A DNA stretch of 64,000 bases, from the NCBI RefSeq assembly GCF_009834535.1, contig NC_045696.1, positions 90,336,001 through 90,400,000 on the forward strand, in the 5' to 3' direction. Positions 55,101-64,000 of the stretch are shown here, piece after piece (position 1 is the first letter of the stretch; each line of letters starts with the position of its first letter). This stretch comes from Camelus ferus (taxonomy: Eukaryota). The notes below the pieces were generated by a model. The model did not search any database, was not told where the DNA came from, and saw only the letters and a list, made by a program, of their open reading frames with translations. Position numbers and translations under genes: made by a program.

Positions 55101-58100
55101 CTACTGTGAAGCTTCAGAAAACTAATACGGGGAACCTTTTCAATCAACAAAATCTACAAGTACTCTTGTCACTTTAAGTTCAGCAGAAACGTTTAACGGT
55201 GCTATTTATAGCCTGTGTATATAAAATTATCTACTTAAAGCTGAGAAGATTTGGTTTTTAGATAAAGTGGATCAAAACCTGTTGGAATAGCTCTTTCAAA
55301 TCTCAGCAGATCCTATTCAGGATGTGCTCAACCCAGGGTACTGGCCTGAGTACAGCTTTCTCTACAGTTGACTGAGTGAGATCTGATCTGTTTTAGGATA
55401 TCCTTGCTCCGCCCTGTTTTTCCTCTAAAAAGTAGTTGTCTGGTTTTTATTCTGAGTAAAAATTGCACCTTTTCTAGTGAATTCATAAACTTCTACAGAT
55501 AAGCCCAAGTATACTACATACAAAGGAAAAGGCTGGGGACCTGGGAATAACCAGAGAAAGTAAAGTCCTGGCGCCTGAGCAACTGCAGCAGGGCTACTGG
55601 CAGTTTTACCTTCAGATGTCCTCATACTCACGGTATCTTGTATAACTAATTTTTCTTCTGCAGTAATTCTTTTTCATCTCACAAGTTAAACTCACAGTGG
55701 CACCATAAGGTGAAGTTGGTCACTCTCGCTCCCATACACATGCCAGGAATTCAAGGCTCAGCTTAGATCTCAACTCTATGAAGCTTTCCCCAAACTTTCA
55801 GCCCAAAGAAACCTCTCCCTTCTCTCTATCCCCTCAGCTCTCTGATCCTCCCTCTCTTAAGGAAGGTGTCAGCTGTGTTTCTCCACTGTCAGCAAGTAGA
55901 AAGTGGGGCCCCTCTTTGTGTCCCTCATGGCACCCAAGCAATCAGTGAATGCCTTTTGAATTGACTACCATTCATACAGACCAGCCAGGTCAGGTTCTAC
56001 CAGTATACAGCAGCATTTATGCTCAAGATATTTTACCAAAAAGGATTCATCTCCTAATAAGCTAGTTAGTATTACTCACATACTATACTATTGTTGGGCT
56101 TTAATATAGACTAAGAATCTCTCTGCCAAATTACATAAATGATGGTCCATGAACAGTTGTCTCATAAGTTACTTGCTAAAATTGAGTTCCTAAAAGTCAC
56201 AAAAGGTAATTTATTAGTCATTGTATCCTACATACCTGATATTAAGTACATTTTTAATAAATGTTTGCTGAGTTGAAAAGATTGCAGTTCCAAAAACAAT
56301 GCCTCAGGAAAACCCACTTGATTGATTCTTCATGTGGTCAAAAAAGTGGCAGAGATGCTGCCGCTACAGTGATTAACTTTAACGCCAACAATCAGCAGAG
56401 GACAGAGACATGTGGACTAGCAAAGACCAGTACACTGACTGTAGACCGAAACCGAAAGGTAATGTGGAGAAGATAAATGATAGATGCTTCAGTAGAATTA
56501 AAAAATACTTCTCAACTAACAAGATTTTAGATTAACTTTGAGTATCATTCTAGCTCTTATTTTGCATTTATATAGAACAGATAGTCCTTAAACTGTTTTA
56601 TAGTAGCTTTACTTAGGGCAAGTTGAAGCATGTAAATCTCCATATAACATAGAAACAGGTACAAGTTCTATTACTGAAATTTCTGAAATTTTGCCCTAAA
56701 AATGTCTTAACACAAATGTGCTTTTTTGTGTGCCTTCAGATAATCACGGACATATTGATCCTTCTCTGAAACCCATCTGGGATTTAGCCTTTCTGGGCAG
56801 CTCTTATGTGATGTGGGAAAAGACAACACAGTTTTTACACTATTACATGGCACAGCTCAGCAGGGTGAAGCAGTGGGTAAGAAAAACTGAAAATTAACTT
56901 GTACCTTAAGAAATACAACCAATGTGATGTTCTTAGGCTAAATTCATATGGGTTTATAGTTTCACGGCAAGAGTTTTAATTGTGTTTCATTCACTGAATA
57001 AATATTTGAATGCCAGGTGATGTTTTAGGGACTAAGGATGCAGCAGTGAACAAAAAACAATGCAGCACCCTTATTGAGACTAATTCCAGTGAGAGAAGGT
57101 AAGGAAGACAGTGAACTAATAAACAAGCAAATATATGTCCAACGGTGTAAGTGCTAAGGAGAAAAATTAAGTAGGGAAAAGGGAATGCAGAGTATGACAG
57201 GACTACTCCTTACGGTCTAAAGTAAGGGCCCCTTTAATTGGAGCAGAGGCAACATTGGAGCAGAGGCCTAGGGAAGTGAGAGTGAGCCACCCTTCCGTAA
57301 GGGAAGGCGTTTCAGGCAGAGGGAACTGACCAGCAGCGTGGCTGAGGGGTTGGGGAAACAGCAGTGAGGCTAGTGTGGCTGGAGCAGAGTGAGCAAGGCG
57401 AGTGTGTGGGGTGCTCAGGTTGTGTTAAGCCTTGGAGGCCATTAGAAGGACCTTGTCTTTTACTCATTAGAGGGTTTTTAGCAGAGGAGTGACACGGTCT
57501 GACTTACTATAGGGTCATTCTGGCTGCTGTGTTGAGAACAGGCCAAGATAGCAAGTGTGGAAGCCAGGGGACCAGTAAAGTATTACAATAATCTAGGCAA
57601 GGCCCAGTGGTAACTCGGACCAGGGTGGCAGCAGTGGAGGTGGTGAGAAGTGGCTGGATTGTGGATATATTTTGAAGGTAGGCCAACAGTATTTATTGAT
57701 GAGTTGGATATGGAGATATCAGAGAATGAGACAAGTCAAGTGATGAGTCTTAGGATTTTGGCCTGAGTAACTGGATGGACAGTTTTCATTTACTGATTGA
57801 GGAAGACTACAGAACAACAGATTTGGGTGGAAATTAGCTTGATTTGGTGTATTCTAAATTCTATAACCAGGTAGAGAATCTGTAAAGTCATCTGGATATA
57901 AGAGGCTGAAGTTCAGGGGATAGGTTTGGGCTGCAGTATTCCCACATGGATGGTTTTTTTAATAGCCACAGAAGTGGATGAGATCACAGAGAATGAGCAT
58001 AGACAGAGAAAAGTTAGGTCAGGATTGAGTTCTGGAACACTTCGAATTTGAGGTTGGAGATCTGAGAAAAAGTGTTTCAAGACTGAGGACTGTACAACTG

Positions 58101-61100
58101 TATCAAATGCTGCTGGAAAGTCAGGTAGGATGAGGACTGAGAATTGACCATTTGGTTTCAGGCAGTTGGAAGTCGATGGAGAGCTTATCTAGAGCTATCT
58201 CACTGGCACAGTGTGGGCAAAACCCTGACTGGAGTTAGTTCGGGAGAGAACAGGAGGAGAGGAAGTAGACACTCTTTCAGGGAATTTTGTTATAAAGAAA
58301 GGGAAGGGCTGTAGCTAGAGGATGGGGAAGCACAGGGTGGAAGGAGGGCTTTTGTTGTATCATTAGGTTGGAAGATTTAATAGCATATTTATATGTAGAT
58401 AAGGAAAATCCAGTAGAGAGGAGCCAAGCAGGACTTGTAGGAAAGAGAAGGCAGGCTTGTTGGAGTTAATACCTTTGAGTAGATAGGAAGAAAAGGCCCA
58501 TCTGGGAGGTGACCTTGGGTGGGAGCACGGAGAGCCCCCTGGAAGAAGGAGATGAGTGTGGCATAGATGCTGGTGAAGGGCAGGTGGTAGCTTGTGGAAG
58601 TTCTGAATGTCTTATCAGTGAAAGTGAGGCAGTCTCCAGCTGACAGCAAGGATGAGACAGAAGGTATGTGGATGAGAATGGATTGTGGAGAAAGGTGTGG
58701 ACTTGACGCAGTACTGCAGGCCCCTGAAGGTCTATGGTCACGAATTTAGAGGTCCAGTCACTCAGCTGTGCAGGTGTGGAAGTCGAGGAGGCTGAGTTGG
58801 GGTTTCTGTCAGGCAAGTGTGATGTAGGGGGCGGGCACTTCCAGAGTAAGCAGAATCAACTACTCAGAGAGGCGGGCTGAGCCAACCATAAGCACAAATT
58901 TCTTAAAGTCATTTTCTACATGGATGGGTGAAGCAGTGGGCTCACCATGGATAGACAGCTAGAGCATCAGTGAGTATCTTCTGAGTACTAGGATGTGTCT
59001 ACCATCCAGTCAGCATTATTGCCAGGAACAGCTTGGTGTGCCTTCCAAAGACCACTTGTAAAAGAGACAACTGTTTGAAATTTTTCCTTACTTATCTAAA
59101 TGAACACATTTATTTCCCCTTATAGAGTGCTTTTTAATAGAAGTGACCATTTAATTGATATATCAAGAGTCAGGATATAGCACTAATTCTTTTGTTAGAT
59201 AAAAGTTTCTCTCATCTATCAAGACAGTCATATCCTCAACAAAAGGCTTCTACCTTAACTGGGAAGTTAAGGGGAATTTTTTTGTTTGATGTAGAAAAAG
59301 GTGTCAAGATTAATGAATGTCAGAAGAAAACTCCTTAGGAATAAAGCAACAGAGACAAAAGAGAAAAAGTTAGGATCTCTTAATGTCCGTGTTTTCCATT
59401 CTTCTGCACTTGTATATGACACATCACCAGAGTAATGACCCAGATGTACTGTGGCTCAAAAACGGCAGCCCTGGTTTGCTCATTCTAGCCAGCCTTTGAT
59501 GTCCATCACCTGTCCATTAATAGCCCTCAACCAACCTGCAGGTAGGAAAGTGGAGACAAATGTGATTGTACAGCTCAGAAAACAGAAAAGGAAGGAAGAG
59601 AATGGTCACTGAGTAGGAGTTTTTGATTTTTTTTTTTTTTACCCTGAGGGATTTGGATTTTACGTAAATAATAATTGAATATGCACCTGACTTGCTGGGT
59701 CACCCTAGACAAATTAGGACTAGGAAATGAGGATTAACAAACTTACTGAAGCCCTTGAAACAAACATAAATCTAAATACTGAAGCAACTGGGAAAGCTGG
59801 TTTCAAGGTCGATACGCATTTCATCTGAGGGCTCCCTTGAAAGCATGCACCATCCAAGTAGATTATCAAATTCTGCTACTTGGTGGCCATGAAAGTTTCT
59901 TATGATCTTTCAGAAAAAGAAGCAACAAGCAACAGTTTTTTAAAAACCACTAAGATCGGAAAGTCTAGGTCTGTCCTAGAGACTGGAAGTAGGACAGCAG
60001 GGCTGACAAAGCCAAGACACAGAAGCAGGAAGTGACCAGAGGTGCTCCATGGCCCAAGACAGTTCAGGAAACTATAGGGATTATAGTTTTTCCAAAAGCT
60101 TTCTGGGTGGGAATTGCTATCTCTATACTCTGAATTAAACTTACCTTTAATTCAATTATGTAAGGAAGTGCAGCCTCATAACCTCATAGCCCCAAAAGAA
60201 CACAGCCTGGGAAAAGAGCAGGCTAAGACAGACTGAAACACAAACATAAGACCTGTCTTACTGGCATTATTGCCTTAGAACTGAAGAACATGTCATTCCC
60301 AAAGCATGAGGACTAAGCGAAGGGCAGGGGAGATACTTGTTGGCTAGAGGAAAAAAAATGTATAAAACCACATGGTTCTCTTAGGGATCATTCTTTTGGG
60401 TCGGGGGTGGGGGTGGGTCGGGGGGGTGGTGCGGGGAGAAACGGGGATGCTGTGGGTTATGAGTAAGTATAAGGAAACAAAACACTTCAGTCTGTCTCTA
60501 GGAACATTAAAGTGCTGAGTTACCAGAAAATGGGACAGTAAGTCATCATCAATTTGGACTCTAAGGATTTGACATTGGTCATTATCTGAATACATAAGCC
60601 AAGGAGGTTATTTCTGGGTAATATAAAGAATGATGGCTTCCTGGCAGAGCCTCACTTGGTGCAGACAGTGCAGCCTGGATCCTTTGCCAGCCAGGTATGC
60701 AGTGTCCAGGCCGCAGATCTTCAGTAAGGCCTGCTTTTGGTTTTGTTTGAGGGTGCTTCCTCCTGGAGGAGGAAGAACCTAGAAAAACAGAAATGTAAGG
60801 TGTGTTTCAATAACTTTATTCAGGAAGGTCTTAATTAAATGGTACAGGGTGTCTAAGCATTATAATAATCCCAAATTTTGTTTGGATTATTTAAAAATAG
60901 GTAACATTTTGTATTTGGCAGAACAGTTTGTCAGATGGAATTTGAATGCCATCATTTGTTTCAAGCCTTGCTTCCTTTCTGCCTAAAATCTGAAGATTCC
61001 CATGATTTCCTTCAGAAATGCTATTTCAAAAACAGAAGGAGGCATTGTCCTGAAAAAACACTAAGACCAATTTTTAAATTGTAGAAATACATGGTAAACA

Positions 61101-62676
61101 GTCAAGCCTTGAGGAACAATGCAGGCAGCACGAAAGTCTGAGACAGAAATAGTACAACATAGCAGCCAGCTGTGTCAAAGGTCAAGATCGTCACCAAAGG
61201 AGGGTCAAACAAGGCTAAATTCACCCCCAAACCCGGCAATGCCCAACTGATCACTGGAGCCTTCAGGAACTTACATAAGACACTGAATTTTCTCATGAGT
61301 TCTATCTTTGCAGCCTGTATTTTGGATATTTGCTTTCATCGTTCATAGGTACACTGTTAGACAAAAGGGAAACCCACCCAATGAAGCAAAGTATCATAGA
61401 AGAGCAGTCAATTTCTGATGGAGCCAGGCCCTCTCCTGTCCTCCTCCCTCCAGCACCCTCCCCAACTGCTGGAAATTTCATGGCTTGAAAAAATCTCCAT
61501 CACTGTAAGCAAAGGGAAGATAAAACTCAGTATCAAGTTAAGTCGTTTTTGTTTTTTCATATTCTTAAGTAGTCTCAGTGAAAGCCTTGTAGATCTATTT
61601 TAAAATTCTATTCCATTTTTACTAGCAAAGGGATAAGCACCCTTGCCCTCAACCTCCCCCCTCCAAAAAAAGTTAGTGTCAAAGAAAACAGGAAATTGGT
61701 ATAGTCACTAGTAAAGTTTATAAAAATCAAGTGAATAAAGAAGGTAAGAGGAAGACTGCCTAGCTACCTGTAAATATCCAAAGTGCTGGTTTTAGAAGTG
61801 GTATGGTAAAGCATGAAGAATGTGGATGATGGAGACAGTAGGTCTGGGTTTGAATCCTGATGTCACTTACTAGCTATAACCTCAAGTACCCTCCCTGTAA
61901 AACCAGGCTCATTATACATGTTCTCAGGGAATTCTCCTGTCTTCCAGAGTATTTACTAAGTGCCTAGCACAATCTGGCCCATGGTGGCCTAGAAATCCTG
62001 GCTGCCCTATCCCTTTTCTTACTGCCTGGCATATCAGGGCTAACCTATTGGCTTGAGGTGCATACACAGTAACTAGACTCCTAAGGTTGTCAAATTCTGC
62101 CTGTACTCAATAGACCTTAGCCTCTATCAAAACCCATTAAAAAAAAAAAAAGACATTACTAGGTTTTCACATGCCTCAGTGACAAAACAAGAAGAATCCA
62201 TGACTTCCATGTCGTAACACAGAATACCAACCACCACAGGAGATGAGGCTTAGACTTAAACAGGTAGCAGGAGGTTCAAGGCACCTAGCCAAAGCAAGGG
62301 TTTATATAAGGGGAGCCTTCCAAATTCTGAGCTAAAGTCAACTTACTCTAGCTATTGCACTAATTATTGTTTTTTCCTTCCTCTAGAAAACAAATGATGA
62401 TGCAATTGATTTTGGTTATACTGTTCTACTTCATGAATTCTCAACACAGGTAAAACAAAACAGTATACGGAATTGTTTTAGCCGGAAGTTTTTGTAGATC
62501 ATCATTTTAGAACTCTTATTTCCCAGGAAATCATTCCCTGTCATATTCACTTGGTCTGGTACCCTGGCAAACCACTGAAAGTGAAGGACCACTGTCAAGA
62601 GCCACACACACCAGAAGAAGCCTCTGGAACCGAAGAGGGATCAGCTGTGGCACCAACAGAGCTTAGTAATTTCTGA
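28661..62676 (+). CDS. RARRES1: Retinoic acid receptor responder protein 1 (TIG1), latexin family; six coding exons, 291 aa
   Basis: Spliced ORF join(28661..28939,51296..51358,53677..53860,56740..56876,62387..62449,62527..62676) = 876 nt. All introns are GT-AG with consistent phases. Translation [11 protein letters not shown]...[20 protein letters not shown]...GKCSARVFF...[10 protein letters not shown]...[19 protein letters not shown]...PTELSNF* matches recalled RARRES1. Confidence 0.97.
31070..33434 (-). mobile_element. 5'-truncated LINE-1 (cetartiodactyl/camelid type): ORF2 C-terminal part plus 3' UTR
   Basis: ORF2-like peptides ([44 protein letters not shown]). Exact 12-bp TSD CAAATGATTTTT at 31058-31069 and 33435-33446 in a TT/AAAA endonuclease context. 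Confidence 0.95.
31675..32039 (-). mobile_element. ERV solo LTR (365 bp) inserted into the L1
   Basis: Termini TGTTA...TAACA; exact TSD AATC (31671-74, 32040-43); L1 text GGTAAATC|TATTTTTAG rejoins on excision. Minus-strand TATAAAAA at 31876-83 and AATAAA at 31774-79. Confidence 0.9.
35550..36150 (-). mobile_element. MaLR LTR (MLT1-like), interrupted by the SINE
   Basis: GGAGGTCAGAAGTCTGAA...AGATCAAGGTGTTG...CTCAGCCTACCAC motifs resemble the recalled MLT1 consensus. Confidence 0.75.
35910..36033 (+). mobile_element. tRNA-Ala-derived SINE (camelid Vic-type)
   Basis: GGGGGGAGGGTACAGCTCAGTGGTAGAG...ATGCTTAGCATGCACGAGGTCCTGGGTTCAG with A/B boxes, an (AAAC)n body and an A tail; degenerate TSD AAGATCCGTAACCT / AAATTCCTTAACCT. 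Confidence 0.85.
37827..38270 (+). mobile_element. MaLR LTR (MLT1C/D-like)
   Basis: TGTTGTGGGTTGAGTTGTGTCCCCAAAAAAGATATGTT...TGGACTTCTAGCCTTCAGAACTGTGAGAG...GTTTGTGGTAC. Confidence 0.8.
38358..38466. repeat. Compound (CA)n / CACC microsatellite
   Basis: Directly visible; degenerate CACC units grade into a pure (CA)n tract. Confidence 0.95.
39900..40334 (-). mobile_element. 3' LTR of the provirus (435 bp)
   Basis: Homologous to 46364-46783; minus-strand AATAAA at 39944-39949; preceded on the minus strand by the PPT. Confidence 0.9.
45838..46281 (-). mobile_element. Solo LTR of a different family nested in the provirus leader
   Basis: Minus strand TGAAAAGAGCC...AAGATGGCC...TTTCGGCAGCA (TG...CA); flanks CTGG (45834-37) / CGGG (46282-85); no similarity to the host LTRs. 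Confidence 0.6.
46364..46783 (-). mobile_element. 5' LTR of the provirus (420 bp)
   Basis: Minus strand reads TGTGAAC...CTGACA; homologous to 39900-40334; minus-strand AATAAA near 46408. Confidence 0.9.
51296..51358 (+). CDS. RARRES1: RARRES1 exon 2 ([21 protein letters not shown])
   Basis: Branch-like GCTAAC at 51271, pyrimidine tract, TTCAG| acceptor, GAG|GTAGGC donor; 63 nt, phase 0/0. Confidence 0.93.
53677..53860 (+). CDS. RARRES1: RARRES1 exon 3 ([28 protein letters not shown]...VVSIP)
   Basis: Acceptor TCTTTTTTTCAG|GAA, donor CCTG|GTATGA; 184 nt, phase 0/1; includes an NVT sequon. Confidence 0.92.
56740..56876 (+). CDS. RARRES1: RARRES1 exon 4 ([30 protein letters not shown]...VKQW)
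   Basis: Acceptor CCTTCAG|AT, donor TGG|GTAAGA; 137 nt, phase 1/0; latexin-like sequence. Confidence 0.96.
56985..58830 (-). mobile_element. Long LINE-2 fragment in intron 4
   Basis: Starts CATTCACTGAATAAATATTTGAATGCC (reverse L2 tail), then purine-rich L2-like text (GGCAGCAGTGGAGGTGGTGAGAAGTGG...GGATATATTTTGAAGGTAG). Confidence 0.8.
61795..61990 (+). mobile_element. MIR SINE
   Basis: CTGGGTTTGAATCCTG...CACTTACTAGCT...CTGTAAAA...AAGTGCCTAGCACAATCTGGC. Similar MIR remnants lie near 7900-8050, 13880-14030 and 38550-38710. Confidence 0.65.
62387..62449 (+). CDS. RARRES1: RARRES1 exon 5 ([21 protein letters not shown])
   Basis: Acceptor TTCCTTCCTCTAG|AAA, donor CAG|GTAAAA; 63 nt. Confidence 0.95.
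62527..62676 (+). CDS. RARRES1: RARRES1 exon 6 coding part ([24 protein letters not shown]...PTELSNF*)
   Basis: Follows a 77-nt intron with acceptor TTTCCCAG|GAA; stop TGA at 62674-62676. Confidence 0.96.
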   Translation, partial: EIIPCHIHLVWYPGKPLKVKDHCQEPHTPEEASGTEEGSAVAPTELSNF

Positions 62677-63193
62677 TCATCTGCTTACACCAAATGACTA
62701 TACTAAATAGCCAAAATCATTACTCTAGTAAAAGAGCCAAGGTATAAGGCATTCTGGTAATTTAGGGAAGCCTGGGATTACAAGTAAATACTCAAAAGAT
62801 GTTGGGGTTTCTGTTTTTTGATTGGTTTGGTTTACTTTTAACTCTGGGAGCACGTACACTCTGCTCAGTGCTAAACAGTCTCCCTGCAGGTTCCTCAGGG
62901 TCTCAACCCTAAATTGCAAAACCTAGTTCATTACTATGTGCTGCAGCTGGACCAATAAGTATTTAAAAAAACACAACAAAATAGACTTGATGGTCACATC
63001 TCTAAATCTGCATTTCTCAATATTTTGAATATACTGTAACCAACTATTTTATGATGCTTTTACCTAACATGTTAAAGAGATAATATATTTCAGTGAAAGC
63101 AAATTATACGGAAAAAATTACCTGTTTAAAAGGAATTTTATAATTTTTTATGATTTCAAGCAAGTATTCCTTTTTAACTGATACCTACTTTCA

Positions 63194-63213
63194 AATAAAT
63201 GTTTCTAAATAAA
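63194..63213 (+). terminator. Tandem AATAAA polyadenylation signals of RARRES1
   Basis: AATAAA at 63194-63199 and 63208-63213, followed by TG/T-rich sequence, ~520 nt after the stop codon. Confidence 0.75.
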
Positions 63214-64000
63214 ATGTGTTAAATGTGTTTGTAGAGATTTGTCTATAGTCAAAATTTGTGCTAAACTGGGATTAAATGATCTCTAAATATTGTGTAATTC
63301 AAATTTTACAAAAAAAAATATAGTATCTCACAGATAAAGCCGAGTGTCTGCAAATACACATTAAATGAAACAGTGATGTAACTAAAAGTTTACAAAGTAT
63401 TTACAACTTTCATTTATAAGGACAATCTGGACCTAATGTTGGCCTAAGTAATTTATAAAAGCAAATACAACATATACCATTATCAGATTCAGTGGAGTAG
63501 CTAACCAGGAAGGAAGATTCGATCCAGGAAACGGGCCAGCATATGCCTCTCAAAGTTAATATCATTTAATGAATGCTTATATCCATGTCTGAAAACCTGT
63601 AGCCAGGAGGTGGGGCAGATCTCATCCTCTTAAAGGCATTATTAGTGAAATCAGGCTCACAAATGTGACCATAATTCAACCAGGCAAGGAATCTAAAATG
63701 GCCCTTTAACAGACTTAAGTATATCTACACAAACATACAAAAACTTACCGAATTTATAAATTCACAAAACCCACAAAGTTAAACCACGAAAAAATTTCTC
63801 AGTATCACCACTAGAACATCTTTTCTAGCACAAACTCTAAAACTGCTGACTTGATTCTATTAATACCGATTTTGCTAGCTAACAGAAAAAAATTAATCTG
63901 TCTTGACATAGAATTAAACCTTCTAAATACCCTAAGCCCTCTTTTCAATGAGTAAAGAATTAAGACTCAATCCGACCCAGTGGCAGTTATATACAGCATT

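Noticed and set aside
60756..60775. Near-perfect palindrome CTTCCTCCT-GG-AGGAGGAAG
   Set aside because: Short and low-complexity; plausible by chance in 64 kb.
1..64000. CRISPR array, operon or other prokaryotic-type system
   Set aside because: The sequence is mammalian (spliced gene, LINE/SINE/LTR repeats), and I saw no regularly spaced repeat-spacer array.

Overview
Mammalian genomic DNA, very likely camelid (a tRNA-Ala-derived Vic-type SINE lies at 35910-36033). The window holds one complete protein-coding gene, RARRES1 (TIG1, latexin family), on the + strand. It has a CpG-island promoter and six coding exons (28661-28939, 51296-51358, 53677-53860, 56740-56876, 62387-62449, 62527-62676; 876 nt, 291 aa), with poly(A) signals at ~63.2 kb. 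The rest is mostly interspersed repeats (L1, L2, MIR, MaLR, DNA transposons). The notable structure is a cluster of retroviral insertions around the gene. A ~6.9 kb non-coding provirus (two LTRs, tRNA-Arg-like PBS, PPT, 4-bp TSD) lies antisense in intron 1 and has a second, unrelated solo LTR nested in its leader. An antisense solo LTR with TATA/CCAAT/PBX-MEIS motifs is nested in an L1 about 2.7 kb downstream of exon 1. A sense solo LTR with an intact TATA and no poly(A) signal lies about 5.2 kb upstream of the ATG. I found no evidence of a new biological system. The findings are regulatory and evolutionary hypotheses. Repeat family names and human comparisons are from recalled consensus sequences, not database searches.
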